Position numbers and translations under genes: made by a program. DNA of 64,000 nucleotides from Epiperipatus broadwayi. Its lineage: Eukaryota > Animalia > Onychophora. Positions 14,170 to 28,800 of the stretch are shown here, piece after piece. Each line of letters begins with the position of its first letter. Position 1 is the stretch's first letter. The notes under the pieces were generated by a model. The model saw only the letters and a program-made list of their open reading frames with translations. It was not told where the DNA came from and searched no databases. The DNA lies in NCBI GenBank assembly GCA_028023455.1, contig JAQFVV010000003.1, positions 6,386,001 through 6,450,000 of the forward strand, written 5' to 3'.

Positions 14170-15400
14170 TTTTAAACTCACAATGGCAAATCTTAAAGAC
14201 TTGGTTTCTTCCATGGGTAGTGATGTCAAAATTGGTATAATATTATTTGAATCTTTAGCAAGGTTATCTGTAATATTGATGAATCCTTGGGTTAAAGATT
14301 TGTTGTTTCATAAATTCTTTGAATGTTAGGACTTTCAATTTACTTTAAGGCAAGCAATTTAGTAGCTATGCTTGTAGTTTAGGTTAAAATCTCAGATCCC
14401 ACAAACAACAGACTGTTTTTAGCACCTATAAATTTTTCTGGTATGATATCTTTCAACTGTGAAAACATTCAGCCAATTATTCTGCAGACCGTAACAGATG
14501 CATCAAGGCACTTCATAGCTAAAAAGTATTTTACCAATGCTAACTTACCATGTGCAGGCCATTGTGATGTTTGTCTAATCCACTGGAATAGTTGTTAATC
14601 CAATACTATAAAATTATTCCTTACTTTTCAGTTCAATTGACAAAATTTCTATTCAACTTTTAGTTACTACTCACCAGTAATTGCCTGGAAAATGCATTTC
14701 ATTGTTATTTTATAGACAACCTACTTATTGTTCAAAAACTATTATCTAAAACTCTCAAACCAGCCTTTACATCTGCCCAGGATGTAATTTAATAAACATT
14801 TAAAACCATTTTACTCTATCAAATGAATTAATGATATAATTTCATCAAATTAGTATGTTTAATTATTTACAAAAGCAGTTTCTTTCATGTTTAGCAATAG
14901 TTGTTAGAAACATATAAATATTTCAGCAACTAGTTTGCCTTAGGTCTTTAATACAGTTCTTAACAATTAAATGTTTATTTTAGAATTTTCAATTCTACAC
15001 ACTAATTCTTTGACTTATCTGCTTGAAAATATATGATGTAAACGAAACTTTACATAGTAAGCAGAGAATAAAAAGAAGTCATATGTTTAGAGATCAAGTT
15101 AATATGACTGATAGATAAGCTGGGGTCATGCTGAATTTAATTTAAAAATTGTTTTACACTCAAGCCTGTTAGCAGAGGAATTCTCATGGTGAAGCTACTC
15201 TCATTTTGCCACAAAACAAGATGTTTACATTACACCTCATCACTCAAACATTGCAGAACTTGTAGATAAAACATCAGACCATAAGAACTAATTTTGAAAG
15301 AAAAATAGCATTTGAGTCAACAAAAAAAATTGCATTATCTTCTAATTACTGGACTTCAAGTGTTATGCTTTTTTGAGACATGGTGAATTTGACAATTTCA
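14170..15400 (-). mobile_element. Probable heavily decayed hAT-family transposase remnant
   Basis: Broken reading gives KYFLAMKCLDASVTVCRII...IPEKFIGAKNSL and HS-x-x-IAC / IY..PK segments resembling hAT (ZNF862/ZMYM1-like) transposases; no termini identified. Confidence 0.4.
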
Positions 15401-15784
15401 TTAAATCATTTATAAAATTGTGTTTTCCCCAGAATAGTTTTCTTGTAATCTGTTTCAAGCATACAATTATTTTCTCTGTCATTTTCTCTAAAAAACAACA
15501 GATTTTCACATTATTCTAACTTTTCAACCATTACAAAAAAATTGACAAATAATGCGAAACACACTTTACAAAAAATTGTCCTATGTCGCATCAGATTTCA
15601 CATGGTAACATAATTTGGCAGACTGATGCAAAAGGGTCCTCACAAAAGGTATGTAACAGTAAAGCATGTACGAGAACAAGCGCTCTTACCAAAGAACAAT
15701 TCCGGTTATGTTTGGGTCCCCCCATATATACATATGTTGATACAAAGATTTTTATGGGTTGCATATAAAAGACATATTTTGCAG

Positions 15785-17390
15785 GTTCACAAATAAAATT
15801 ATCCCTCATGAAAAATCATGTGTCTGTCCAAAATTTTATGGGTTCCCAAAAATTCACAAACCCGATACCCCCCTTCGTCCAATAATAAGCGCAATAGGAT
15901 CTCCAACTCATATTTTAGCTAGATATTTATCTGATTTCTTTAAACTACAATCCCATCTATTAAATCATATATTAAAAACTCTTTTCACTTTCTGTTTTAA
16001 AAATGTAAAAATTAATGCTAATGACATTCTGGTCCGTTTTGATGTTGTGTCTTTGTTTACAAACATTGCAATAGGTCAAGCTTTAAATGTAATCTCAGAA
16101 CGCTGCAATTTTCCAAACCATATTACTAGTTTAATTAAACATCGTCTCTTGAACACATATTTTGTATACAATGGATAGCATTACAGACAAGTTTTTGGTA
16201 CTCCTATTGGCTCACCTATCTCAGGAGTAATAGCTGATTTATTCATGAAAAATATAAAAACTCATGTTTTAGAATCATCATCTTTAAAACCTCTCATTTG
16301 CTAAGATACATAGATGACACTTTTGTCATATGGTAACATGGAAAAAATAAATTAGATGATTTTTTCTTACATTTAAATAATATGCATCCTCATATTAAAT
16401 TTACAATAGAGACCGAGTCTGGTGAAAAACTCCCTTTTATTGATATTCTAGTCACCAAAACACCAAATAGTTTATCTTTTTCGATTTACAGAAAGAATAC
16501 ACACATGGACAGATATTTACATTTTCATTCTCATCGTAACCCAACTCAAATAGTTTCTGTAGCCAAAACTCTTTTAAATAGAGCAATTAACCTTTCAGAT
16601 AAATCACATCTGAAAGAAGAAATAAATCATATTAATAGTGTTTTATTAGCAAATAGTTATAATTATAAATTTATTAAACAAGCCTTATTTCAAATCCAAA
16701 ATGGACAAAATAGGAAACAAAAAGATGATAAATCAGCTATTAGAATTTGTATTCCATATGTAAAAGAAACTACGGACAGTATTGGATGTATTTTAAAATG
16801 CTATAATATAAATACAGCATTTTCTACTCATCAAAAGATCAGCAATATAATAACTAAGCCCAATGATTCAATCCCTCTTGAATCTCATGGTGTTTATCAA
16901 ATTTCATGTGAAAATTGTAACGCTTCTTATATAGGTATGAGTACTTGTCACATCAGTGTTAGGAGAGATGAACATGCTAATGCAGTTAAACAACACTCAT
17001 CATCATCAGCACTATCACTCCATACTATAGATTCAGGTCATAACATTGATTTTTCTAGTACCAGGATCATATCCAGATGTGATAATCTCTACCAGTGCAA
17101 AATCAGAGAAGCCATTGAGATACTTAAAAGGCCAGATTGTATCAATAAGCGAGATGATACATGCAAATTTTCTCCTATTTGGAAAGATTTTTTAAAAAAA
17201 ACTTTCGTAATTTAACATTTTTGCTATTGGTGGTTTAATGATTTTTTTCAAATCAATGATTGTAGCATCTCTACAACTGTCTTTCTACCTTTTATCACCC
17301 AGTAGATGACTTGTGTGATCAAGTCAAAATGTCGGTATATAAATATTTAAATTTTTAACATGGATGAACCTGCAAAATATTTATATATAT
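15785..17390 (+). mobile_element. Penelope/Poseidon-like retroelement, 5'-truncated, RT + GIY-YIG pseudogenised
   Basis: KFYGFPKIHKPDTPLRPIIS, LVRFDVVSLFTNI, GTPIGSPIS, RYIDDTF, FTIETESGEKLPFIDIL, GVYQISCENCNASYIG, REAIEILK; stops and frameshifts; decayed hammerhead at 17297-17336. Confidence 0.95.
17297..17336 (+). ncRNA. Decayed hammerhead motif of the Penelope terminus
   Basis: acc CAGTAGA t gacttg-tgtgat-caagtc AAAA tgtc ggt; perfect 6-bp stem II and acc/ggt stem I; core lesions include CpG-type changes from GAAACGTC. Confidence 0.6.
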
Positions 17391-17506
17391 ATAATCAACA
17401 CATAATAGTCTCATAAAGCTTTTCAATCATACATCAGGTTTAATCAATATTAAATACTTCACTGCTATTTTTTTTAAAAAATAAAGAAAAAGCAGCTAAT
17501 ATAATT

Positions 17507-19875
17507 GGTTGTCATCTGATCCTTCGTGTCAGCCGCTAGAGGCGCAATTTCTAATCAAAAACACATTAATATAACTTTCCCGGGCCAGCGATTCTCTATT
17601 AATATTGATGTTTTTTTTGTTTGTTTGTTTACAAAGTTTATAATGGTATAATAATAATAGTTGTTTTTAATTTTTATTGACAAGAGGGTCTTTTTTGGGG
17701 TGTGTTCAAATAGTAATTTGTGTTTTTTTTTTTAAATAGTATTACTGTTTTTGTAAAATTGGATTGCCGAAATTTAAGAGAGAACGGGTTTTTTTTTGGA
17801 TGGATCTTTAAATAATAATTGACATTACTTTGATAGGTTTCCATTTGATTGCCGACAACAATTATTGGGAGAAGTGTTTTTTTTTTTTTTTCGCGTGTGT
17901 GTGTGTATGTTTAAATAAAAATTAAAACCGTTATTTTTATCAGTTTACATTTGATTGATGACCGATATGACTTCCTTTCATTTATAAATTATGATTTTTG
18001 TTTCTACAAATAAATATTTTTGACAATGGGACAATAATAGTTGTTGTTTGTTTAATTTTTATTGACAAAAGGTTGTTTTTCGGTGTAGTTTCAAATAGTA
18101 ATTTGGGTTACGTTTAAATAATAAGTTACCGTCTTACTTTGATTGGTTTGCATTTGATTGACACTAATTATTGGGAGGGGTGTTTTTTGTGTGTACGGTT
18201 GTAGACAACAATTATTGGGTGAAGGGGTGGGTTAACCGTTTAAAGAATAGTAGTTTTAAGTTGCGGTCTTACTTTGTTGGTTTACATTTGATTGCCGATA
18301 CTAATTATTGGGAGGGGTGTTTTTTTGTATGTACGATTGTAGACAACAATTATTGGGGAAAGGGGTGTAACCATTTAAAGAATAGTAGTTTACGTTACTT
18401 TTAGTGGTGGTGTACATTTGATTGCTGACAATAATTAGTGAGAGGGGTGGGTGTTTTTGGATGATGATTAAATACTAATTTACCTTCCTTTTATTTTACA
18501 TTTGATTGCCGACAACAATTATTTGGAGAAAGGGGTTGTTTTTTTTTTTGTGTATGTTTAAATCAAAATTGAAGTTACTTTTATTTATTACATTTGATTG
18601 ACAACCGATTGACTTTTTTTCGTTTATAAATTATTGTTTTGGTTTCCCAAAAACCTAATATTTTTGACAATGGGACAATAATAGTTCTTAATTTGATTAT
18701 TATTGACAAGAACGGATCTTTTTTGGTGTACGTTTAAATAGTAATTTGGGTTGTGTTTAAATAGTAATACTGTTTTTAAAAATTTAAGTGACAAAATTAA
18801 ACAAACAACGGGGTTTTTTTTTTTTTATGGATCTTTAAATAATAATTTTCGTTACTTTAATTTGTTTACATTTGATTGACAACAATTAGTGGGAGGGGTG
18901 TTTTTGTGTATTTTTAAATAATAATTTACATTTTTTGGTTAACAGCAATTATTGTGTGTGTATATTATGTTACTTTATTTATCAATTTGGTTAATAATAT
19001 TTACTGGTAGACATTTCAATATCATTAATGGCATGCTGTACGGTCAACTCGTCACAGCTCCGGTAATGCAGCAAACGTAAAGACTTGACGAACGGCATTT
19101 GAAATCCCTCAAACCAGCTGCCTTTTCGAAGTGCACATTTCTTTCGGCAAGAATGAGACTTACAAATGAAAGTCCAAAGATCTTTATGGACCTCAAGTCT
19201 CATACATTCGCCGCACAAACATCTTTTTTTCTTTCAGCAGGATGTTTTTCTGCTGTAGAAATCTTACAGCACTGGCTTCCATGTCTGGCAATTCTCATAT
19301 TTTCATATTTTCTGTTTTCGAATTTGCCATACTTTTTGTCTCGGAAAATTTCTCGCTAAAACATGACTCAAAGCATGATCTTTAAAATATTATGCTAACC
19401 CACTATAATCGAAAATTTAGGAGGAATACAAATTCATGAGGAACAATCACGATACTGTTAAGATTGTTAAAATGTAACAGTACATCAATTCGTCTTTAAA
19501 AAAAAAAGGCACCGATGAAAATTTAAATAATTTTGACATGATCAAATTAACACACCCTCGGATGATATTGTTACATCAAATACATAACACAGCATTACGA
19601 TATAGTGTGTGACACAAACAACTACGGCATTTTCCTCTGCTTTTAACAGCTTTTAACATTGGAAAAAGCCACACCATTAGCCGCTAAGCCGAGTTAACAT
19701 TCTTTCTAGATTTTATCGTAGAAAGAAGACTTAACTTTCGAATTAACAATCTTTCTAGGATTGATTTTAGAAAGAATGCTTGAAGGCTTGGGTGTGGCCG
19801 TGGAAATAGCATATTTCTAGAAATTTAGCTAGAAATCGCGCCTCTAGCGCTGACACGAAGGATCAGATGACAACC
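17507..19875 (-). mobile_element. Merlin (IS1595/ISXO2-related) DNA transposon, non-autonomous deletion derivative
   Basis: 46-47 bp TIRs starting GG (17507-17553, 19830-19875); 8-bp TSD ATATAATT (17499-17506, 19876-19883); transposase N-terminus at 19306-18991 (MKI*ELPDMEASAVRFLQQKNIL...CGECMRL...CKSHSCRKKCALRKGSWFEG); DDE domain absent. Confidence 0.9.
17640..18960. repeat. Hierarchical internal tandem repeats within the Merlin element
   Basis: Recurrent tacatttgattg(c)cgacaacaattattgggaggggtg motif, plus larger blocks starting near 17655, 18035 and 18680. Confidence 0.85.
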
Positions 19876-22699
19876 ATATAATTTAAATCAATGGTTTCTT
19901 AAAAGAAAACTTTTTTTTGTTAGATTTTTATATTTATAGCAATTTATTATTATAAAATGACTTTGGTATGCAATGGTAGTTGATCCTGCCACATACACAT
20001 CAACCTAAATTCAAATACACATCAAATATTTTGAAAACTTTTTCAACAGGCTTGGAATTCTCACACCTCCCCTCAGATATTATAGAATAAACAACCCGGT
20101 TTACAATCAATGATAGTCTGTTAGCTATTCTTAGTGAGAGTAAAACAAAACACTCAAACCCGATTAATAAGTTTGGAAATATGTTTTTTCCCTTCAACTA
20201 TTCCTCTAGGAAGAACTGTTGGAAGAGCATTTGGGATGTAGGAGACTTTTTAAAAATTGCTTACATTTACTTTCCTATTGTTTATTATTGTATAATTTTA
20301 AAACGTTTTATACTATATATGTGTGTCTACATATTTGATTGCAAATATACTCAACATTTAATACAACATATTTGCAACCATGGTATTGACATAGAAAATT
20401 ATGCAATCACTTCTGATGGGGAGCTTTAGTGTTCGAACTGTTAGTTTATCTGGTAATCAGAAGTTTATTGTAGTGAAAAAATCAATCTGATTTTTTTTTT
20501 TTCTAAATTCATTGACGAAAATGTGGAATTAATACCAGGAATACTAAGAATTAATTTGATTGCTAGTCTTTCTTACTCAATGATTACATTCATGCTGTGT
20601 ACATACATATACACTTAGGCATGTTGAGACATAGAAGTGCTACTTAAAGGTCATAGCCATAGTGAAACTTGAAAGTTCATATTTACTTTGTCATCTACCT
20701 CAACTGAAATAGAATTTATAATAAACATCAGGATACATTATAACCGGACTATTGAATTATTTTTCTATATGATATATAGCTAATCAAATAAATCAGTCTT
20801 AACAACTCATTACTAGCCGGCAGAGGTTTCTCCAGTGTGGTAACATTGAAGATAATGTTATTCAATGGGCTGAGAATAGTATTCAGTTTCTGAACAATAG
20901 ATAGCTTAGTCTGGCCAAGTAGCAGTATATATATATATTTAAAAACCTAAACTTGTACAAAGATTCATAATTATTTAAAAAAATTCTCGAGTTTGACCTT
21001 TCATCCGGGTTCAAACTTCAGACCATGAAAATCTTAAACGCATGCATTAGTCATTACATAATAAATAACTGAAATATCATCAATAATAAATGATAAAAAA
21101 GTAACTTTTTTTTTTAAACATTTGAAAATATAGATGGCACAGAAGTCTTTACAATCATACAATGCATGTTATAAATAGCAATTAATTTTGAAGTATGAAT
21201 TCCAATTTGTGTGTGTATACAGATATATTTATGATGTTGAAATTAAAATTATATTGAAACTAATTATCTAGAAATTAAAATGTCTTGAAAATCATTCCCT
21301 CCTCAAATATCAGAATGCAAAAATTGTGCTTCGCGAGACTAGCTGACTATCATTTTAAAAATAATTTGAAAACTAATTTATATATATAGAAAGAGGGACT
21401 CGGTGTATTATTTTATTAAATTACGGAGAAAATAATGACATTGAAACAAAATTCATTTAATTTGCAACTAGTGACATCTAGCAGAAGATTGTGGATTCAA
21501 AAAAAACTTTTTATACTATTAAAAGTAAATATTTGAAGCAAATAACAATTCAAATTATTTTTTAAAAAAACATAAATGCACAGCCTTTAGTTAGGCCACT
21601 TCAGGCAGAAGCATATTCAGAATCATTGTAAAACAGAGTAATGACGGAGAAAACATTTAACAGGATTGTTAAATGTGTGGTATTTCAATGCATTTTCTAT
21701 AGTTAGATATTGAGTTACTGACCAATTTTGGATGACTATCTAGAATGTGTATGGAGCAACTATTTAAAAATAAAAAATCCTAATTTTGTTTGGATCATGA
21801 ATAAATTTCTAAGTATTATACTTGGCACAAATTCAAATCCCAGGATGTTAGAATGGCAGATAGTTTGCTGTCATTTGCATGAAATCTTTCAAAACTGCAT
21901 ATGTGAAATATCTTTAAATTAAAAAAGAGATCTCATGGTGTAAGAGTATAACATCTACTGTACATAAGACTTGAGGTTCAAATATGGTCTAAATTAAATT
22001 CTTTTCAAGGAATTTAAGATTTCTCTCTAATATATGTGGATAATAACCAATTAAGCATTCAAGATTAGTCAGTAAATAGATATCTATTTATCCTTAGCTA
22101 GAAAATAAAACAAAAATAGAAAATGAGATAAATTTCTAATCCCCAATTATTAGCAAGTGTGTTGAATACTGTCTTATCCACTGCTTCCCCTGCCCAAAAA
22201 GATCTGTTGGAGAAATCTCTGCCCTGTAGTAATCTACTTATTAAAAATGTTTTATATTTCTGCATATTCGAATTATGTACTAACCTAATAATAATAGATT
22301 GCATAAAACATCTTAATTAATCAGAAAACTTTCTTCATATTCCATGTGTATGTTGAGTTTTCTATACAAAGGAGGACTGTATTATTCAGGCAATAAGATA
22401 TTTTACCATTAAATATCACATGACCATAATTCCCTATGCTTGTCAGTATAGGGAATGATGATTATGTGATGTTTTGTGGTTTAGTACCAATCCTGCTAAA
22501 TAGAATGATGGTGACTATGGTTATTAAAGAACTAAAGACACAAAAATGTATAGATGCTGAACTAGGTTCAAATCTATATGACTGTACAAGCAAATGAGCT
22601 AGGATTGAAAACATTGTATTTTCATTTTGGACTCACAGCTTTGTAGTTAACTAAAAAAATAAAAGGTGGCTAGAGGGATGCATTAGTTGCTAATATTTA

Positions 22700-22880
22700 G
22701 GTACAGTGTTCTCAAATCCAAGGCTTCTCACTGATGAAAACCACAGGCTATAAATTAGTCTTGGGAGATTGAATGAGTAGGCACTAGATAAAAATTTTAT
22801 GCACAAACCCTTTTGCATCTATTGATTAATCTGGCTTTCACTGGGTGGCACTACTAAATGAAAATTTTTGCCTCTGTTAA
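22700..22880 (+). mobile_element. Hammerhead-bearing short repeat, family A copy 2
   Basis: ttctca CTGATGA aaaccacaggcta TAAA ttagtc ttggga (22724-22766), followed by the same downstream body as copy 1. Confidence 0.75.
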
Positions 22881-25800
22881 TGAGATATTTTTATTATACA
22901 ATAAATCTTGATTATCAATAACAGCTTTTCATTGATTGCTATACTCTGTACAAAATGTACTTTTAATATTTTAATATTTACAATAACATCACAAACTTTA
23001 ATAAATTATCTGCATAAATAAAATTATTATAAAACTAATCCCTGGTGTGTTAAATGCAGCACTTAAGAAACCCATTCTTAGCTAAGTTTACTTTATATTG
23101 TGATTGTAATATGGTCTTGACAGGTCAAGTTTCAGAGTAAAGAAAATCTCTATCATTAGAAATACAACCACCATATCAAAAATTGACTTGATAGCATATA
23201 AATAATTAAATGATTTATTGTTTGGAGATAAATGTAAAATTTGAGCATCCAAATGACAGACAGATGGAGCTTTAATTTAGGTTATTTGGCCATTATTCTA
23301 AACTATACAAAGTATAAATGTAAAATAAAGCAAGCAGATGAGAATTTCAGAACAAACCAAAAATTACTTTTTTTATATATAATTACAAAATTGATTTAAA
23401 AATTAAAAAATGTATTTATTATCTATACATAAGTACTTAATTATGTATATTGCATAGCTATATTTCAAAACATACATTTACATTTGCTCACATGTAAATT
23501 CATTAAGCAACAAGAAATTAGATTACACTTGATGATACAATACGATTCTTTCACATTATACTTACACAGACAAGTTGAAAGTTCAAGTTTTAATATATTA
23601 GAATAATAAAAAGAATTATTTCTATTTAACATTATTTATTTATTAGTATGTCTAGGATTTTGATTTTGAGATTGATTGAGACAAGACCTTATTAGATAAA
23701 AAAAAAAAAAAATTCAATCTATATATACTATAATAACAAAAATGTAATTAAGTGACATCTATTGAGAAAAATATCAATTATTATATTACAACTAATCCAG
23801 TTTTTATTCCATTCAACAGCAGGATTCATCATAAGTCCAAATCGTAAAATCAATATATGTACTGGAACCATATATTTAGCCCATAACAGTTAAATATAAT
23901 TTATAATATTTTTTTTTTACTTAAGTAAACATATATATCTGTAATAAGTAAACTTTATTAATATTAAGCTATATAAAGCCTTAACTAAGTGTTCTAATTT
24001 ATTAATAAAATAGTCTGTTAAACATGCTTGGGTAATAATTTGCTAAAGTAATATCAATTAACTTGTTTAATATTTTACTTAAAAATCCAAATATGATAGT
24101 TTAAACCTGAATAAGGAATTAAATTAGAGTGTGCTGTGTTTTAAATTAATTGCAGTAAATAAATTTTTGTTTCTGTTTGTAAAGTATGATTTAGATATGT
24201 TAAAGTTTCTATTATGCTAGTTTTTAAAATAAGATACATTTAAAATAGTATTTCATAAAGTATTAATAATTCAAGTAATATTTGTTTAAAGTTAGAAGTT
24301 AAAACATTGAGCTTAAAGATAATTAGTTTGTAATATATTTTGGCTTAAATAAATTTTAGTAGGCAAAACTTAGCTTCATTGCTTTTAAAAGATTGGTTAT
24401 ATCTAGTATATGTTTGTGTGAGTGTTTGTGCATGTGTCTTGATAGTTAGAAAGTTTACAAAGAGATTACTAACAGTAATAAGATTACTTTAAACAATGAC
24501 AATCTTAAGGAATTCTTAAATAGAGTGAAAAAAGAGTTTGTTTTAAATAAAATGAGTCTGATTTAATTAAATAAATAATTTTTATTAAAGTTATATAAAT
24601 GGTTTGTTTAGTATATAAATAAAGTCAATAAATTAATTTTGTGCATTAATTATCTATCTAGACATATGTGTTTAAAAATCTATTCTCAAATATCTTGATT
24701 AATAAAAGTTCAAGATCAAATCCTGCCCTAATACTTCGATTTGATTGATTAAATTATACCATGTTATACACTTTGCAGTTTAAAAAAATACAACATGCAC
24801 ATGTGTATAAGAAGAAAAACAGAAAAATGAAAGTATTATCAACATATTATCTTTATTATTTTACTTTTTCTGTTCATTTTTTATGACTTATTATTCTTGT
24901 CAGTTTAAATGTCTGGGTAAGAAGTTACAAGTTGTCTGAATGAAGCTATTTTCCTGCATGCTTCACCTATTTATTAAATAATAAATTTACTGGAAGATGC
25001 AAAAATTATATTATTTGTTAAAGAAAATTATAAAGTGTCTTGAATGAAAAAAGTTATTGGAAACCTATAAGATGTCAAGATATGCATATGTTTATTTTAT
25101 CCTATTATAGACTTTCAGTTAATTCAAACTTTTGTCTAGTAAATTATTTAATTAACATTTTATTATAACTTTTAAATTCATTACTTATACTAATTCTAAT
25201 TACTAAAGATGTTACAGGCTATAGTTTAATAAAGCCATGATCTTAAAATAAATAATTCATGCAGACAATTTAATTAATGAAATACAGTTATTATTAACTT
25301 ATCAGAAATAACTTTGGAAACTGTTATATTTTTATTAAACCAAAAGAATTGCAGTAGGGAATTATTTAAAAATTACTGGCAGTCTTAAAAATAAAATTAA
25401 ATATGATAGTTTTAAACTGCTTTATATAATTCTAATGAAGGAAATCATCATTCCGATTGATTCTCTTAATATTTTAGAAAAAAAACATTCATAACTGTTT
25501 TATTGCCAATGAATTTAAGTAATATTTTATCATGATTATAATTTACTCATCTATAAGTTGTTTACTTGCTTATTAAAAGTATAGGTTCATGCTCAAAATA
25601 ATATTTAAACTTTATAATGCAACTGTTTATTACTTATTTATCACCAACCTTCCTATATCTATTCTCAGCTCATTTCTTTAAGTTTATATTTGAATTGCGA
25701 ATGATTGTTGTCAAGAAATTCCTGCTCTGAATTGTTGAATGCATATTTACTTTACCTACCTACTTTACCTACCCTGTAATGAAAGACTGCGTTGCATATA

Positions 25801-28800
25801 TTTCATTAAAGAAAATAACAAAAGAACTCCTCAATTAAAAGGGTTAATTTCATTTTAAAACAGAAAGAACTTTTAATCCTTAATTTAAATGGGTAAACAA
25901 ATGTACTATATATTTATATGTTTACTAATTTCAAATGATTTTATTATTGTGTAATTATACTTTTATAATTTATAACTATTTCGTTATTATACTATTTATT
26001 ATATTATGAGGTATATGTATAATGGTATACATGTTAAATGGATTTAATAAAAAAACATTTTTGTAAAAGGTTTTATATTAAGCATAAAGCATTTAGAGTT
26101 CTTTGAATCATTATTACAATAAAATAGAATGCATTATTGTACCCAGGGTAAGAGCAGTCTTTTATATTTGACAAATGATTGTGAATGAAATGTTTGGGAG
26201 TTGGTGTCTATAAGTTTAGTTAGTTTATAAAGTTTTAATAGTTAATATTGTTTTGTGATTATGATAGTTTACATATAATGACAGACCTAATAGATGTGTT
26301 AATTTGCTTATGAATGTGGGTGCGAGTTAATTATTTATTCTTATTATTATCAAATCCATGCCTTGGGTGGATATCAAATGGTATGCTGCTTGGGGACAAG
26401 TATCAATTTAGGCATTTTTATGTGAATATTGTATTGCTTTTGTATGTGTTAAACATATCCATGAGAAAGAGCAAAGCTTCCTTGTTTCAGCACTGCCAAG
26501 TCAAGTTATCAAGTGCCTATCCATACATTTTCCATCTGCTTTACCTATAAATTAAGATTATTGTGTATTTTAATATGTGAGAACATTTAGCTAAATATAA
26601 TTGTAAGTATTGAGTTTATCTATTTCCTTGCCCATCATAGGCATTAATAGAATTGTAATGTTTAATTTTTGCATAACATTAAGCTATCTTTACAATTCGA
26701 TAAAAAATATGTATCCATATTGATGTTTAAATATTGTTGGTGCTGTAATGTATTTAATATCGTACTAGTGGCTTGTGTATAGGCATATATGTGTGTTATT
26801 TTATCATCTACATAAAGTCGGAATCTTGTGTGAAGATTTGCAGAAGTCCCTCTGGTGGTAAATTGAACACTCATGGTGCATAGTATTAAGATTATAGCCT
26901 TCAATATATATGTACATCTACATAATGGTAAGAGGGATGGTATCAAATAAAATATGAGAACTTCAAGAGTAATATAAATGCTTCTTGGGAATATTTTAGA
27001 ACAAAAATGTTCTATATCAAAGTAAACTAATATAATTGTTAGCACAATTTGTTAGATTAAAATTAATATTTATTGTAAATATTTGTTATATTAAATATTA
27101 TTATCATCCTGTAAATAAATATTTTTTGCTATTTATTAAATAAATTTCTGTTTCGTTGCCACTATTACATTCATGATCAAGAAAATATAATACAATAAAG
27201 TTTTATTATCCATTATTTTAAAAGAGTACATTTCAATGATCACATAAAATTTATTTATCTATTTTATTTATCATTTATTATGTCTGCATTGTAATAACAT
27301 ACATACTATATTGTTTCATCTTTATTTCAAATGCATGCTGTTGATAGCATAAAATTACACTTTCTACCTGCTGCATTATTTTTGTTTTAGTACTTGATAC
27401 AGGTTTATGCTTGAAGATATTAAAATTAGATATGTTTATAGATAACATAAAGTGAATATTTTATAGAAAAAAAAATTTTGAAATATTCAAATAGTATTTT
27501 GTATGCTAGCCATATGTTATATAAAGTGTTGAGATATTTGATTTTGTATATTTGCATTTCTGTTTGCCTAAGATATGATGATAGAATCAGAAGAAGACAG
27601 AATATTTAATGTATAAATTAAACAATTATTACATTACAGAATGTTAAAATATTGATCACAAAATCATTTTTCTGATATCTAGTACACGAGTGAATCCTGA
27701 GATATAGATAGAATATAGACCTAATAAATTAAAAATATAAGAACCTGAGATTTAAAAAAAGAACCTGAGAAAGATTTAAAATATAAGAAGAACCTGATAT
27801 TTTAATATTAGGATTTATATAATAGTTGTCTATATAAGTGATCGTTCACCACTGGAAACCCATAGATAACTTGATGCCACTGTGTGGCCTGTTTCCCTGC
27901 TACTGTGGAAGGATTACAGTATATATACATAAACAAAATGTATCTGAGCAGGAAAAAATAAAAAAATTCTAATTATAAGAAATCAAAATCAAAAATAATC
28001 TGAAATTTATCAAACAATAGAATCTGATTTTTGAGTGGAGATATTAATTTTATAGCCAAAATAATTTTAATTGTGATCTGATGGATGGCTGTTATTCTTT
28101 ATAATAATTGTGAATAACTAGCTGATCTAATTTAACAGATTCTAATCAGTCTGAGATCCATTAACACAAAGTTGTATCAGGACCTAATCAATATATTTTG
28201 AGCCCCTAATCAAGCCTTCAAAAACATACATTTTAAAATTATTGAAAAAGCTTATTTAAAATAGTTTATTAAATAGAGCAATAAATGTAATAGATAGAAA
28301 AAATATATATTAAATAAAAAATAATATATTTATTAAATATTCAAATATAATGGCTCATTTTAATGCCTATTTCAATTTGGTATTTGCAGTAAACACCTTG
28401 CCACCACATCTATATAAGAAAAGCTCTGGTGGTATTAGTAGCTATGTTTCAAAATATAAGGAAATATAATCCACACATAATGTGATGTTATAGACCTACA
28501 TAAATGTCAATTCTTATAATAATGTGATGATTACTATTATCACTCATGTGGTTACAAGAAGTCATTTAACCAATTGTTCACTGAAACAGAACTGTCAAAA
28601 GGCAACAGCTGTCAAAATAGCACTCATATAAACTTCAGCTCTTTAAAAACTAACTAAAAATGATGTAGTCTATTGAATAAAATTTTGTCAAAGTTAAGGA
28701 TACACTGTACTAATTAAAACTGGTGAATATTTGCAGTGATACTTTACTGAAGAACAGATGCTGCTGCTTCTAACATTACTAAGTGTGTATTTGGTGATTA

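Noticed and set aside
14546-14602. Well-formed minus-strand 57-nt exon-like segment (YWINNYSSGLDKHHNGLHM, donor gtaagt)
   Set aside because: It does not resemble the expected PKC continuation and lies within the probable hAT remnant.
15490-15785. ORFs 15583-15768 and 15591-15809 upstream of the Penelope RT
   Set aside because: Vague resemblance to DNA-transposase fragments only; no motif I can defend.
17640-18960. Repeat-spacer-like pattern that could be mistaken for a CRISPR array
   Set aside because: Units are degenerate and nested, lie inside a Merlin transposon in eukaryotic DNA, and there are no cas genes.
20000-20445. Possible Neptune-type PLE C-terminus with a decayed hammerhead (ctgatgg...gttcgaac at ~20412)
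   Set aside because: Both the protein similarity and the ribozyme core are too degenerate to call.
21935-22580. tRNA A/B-box-like fragments (ggttcaaat at ~21985 and ~22565)
   Set aside because: No cloverleaf, TSD or second copy; at most SINE debris.
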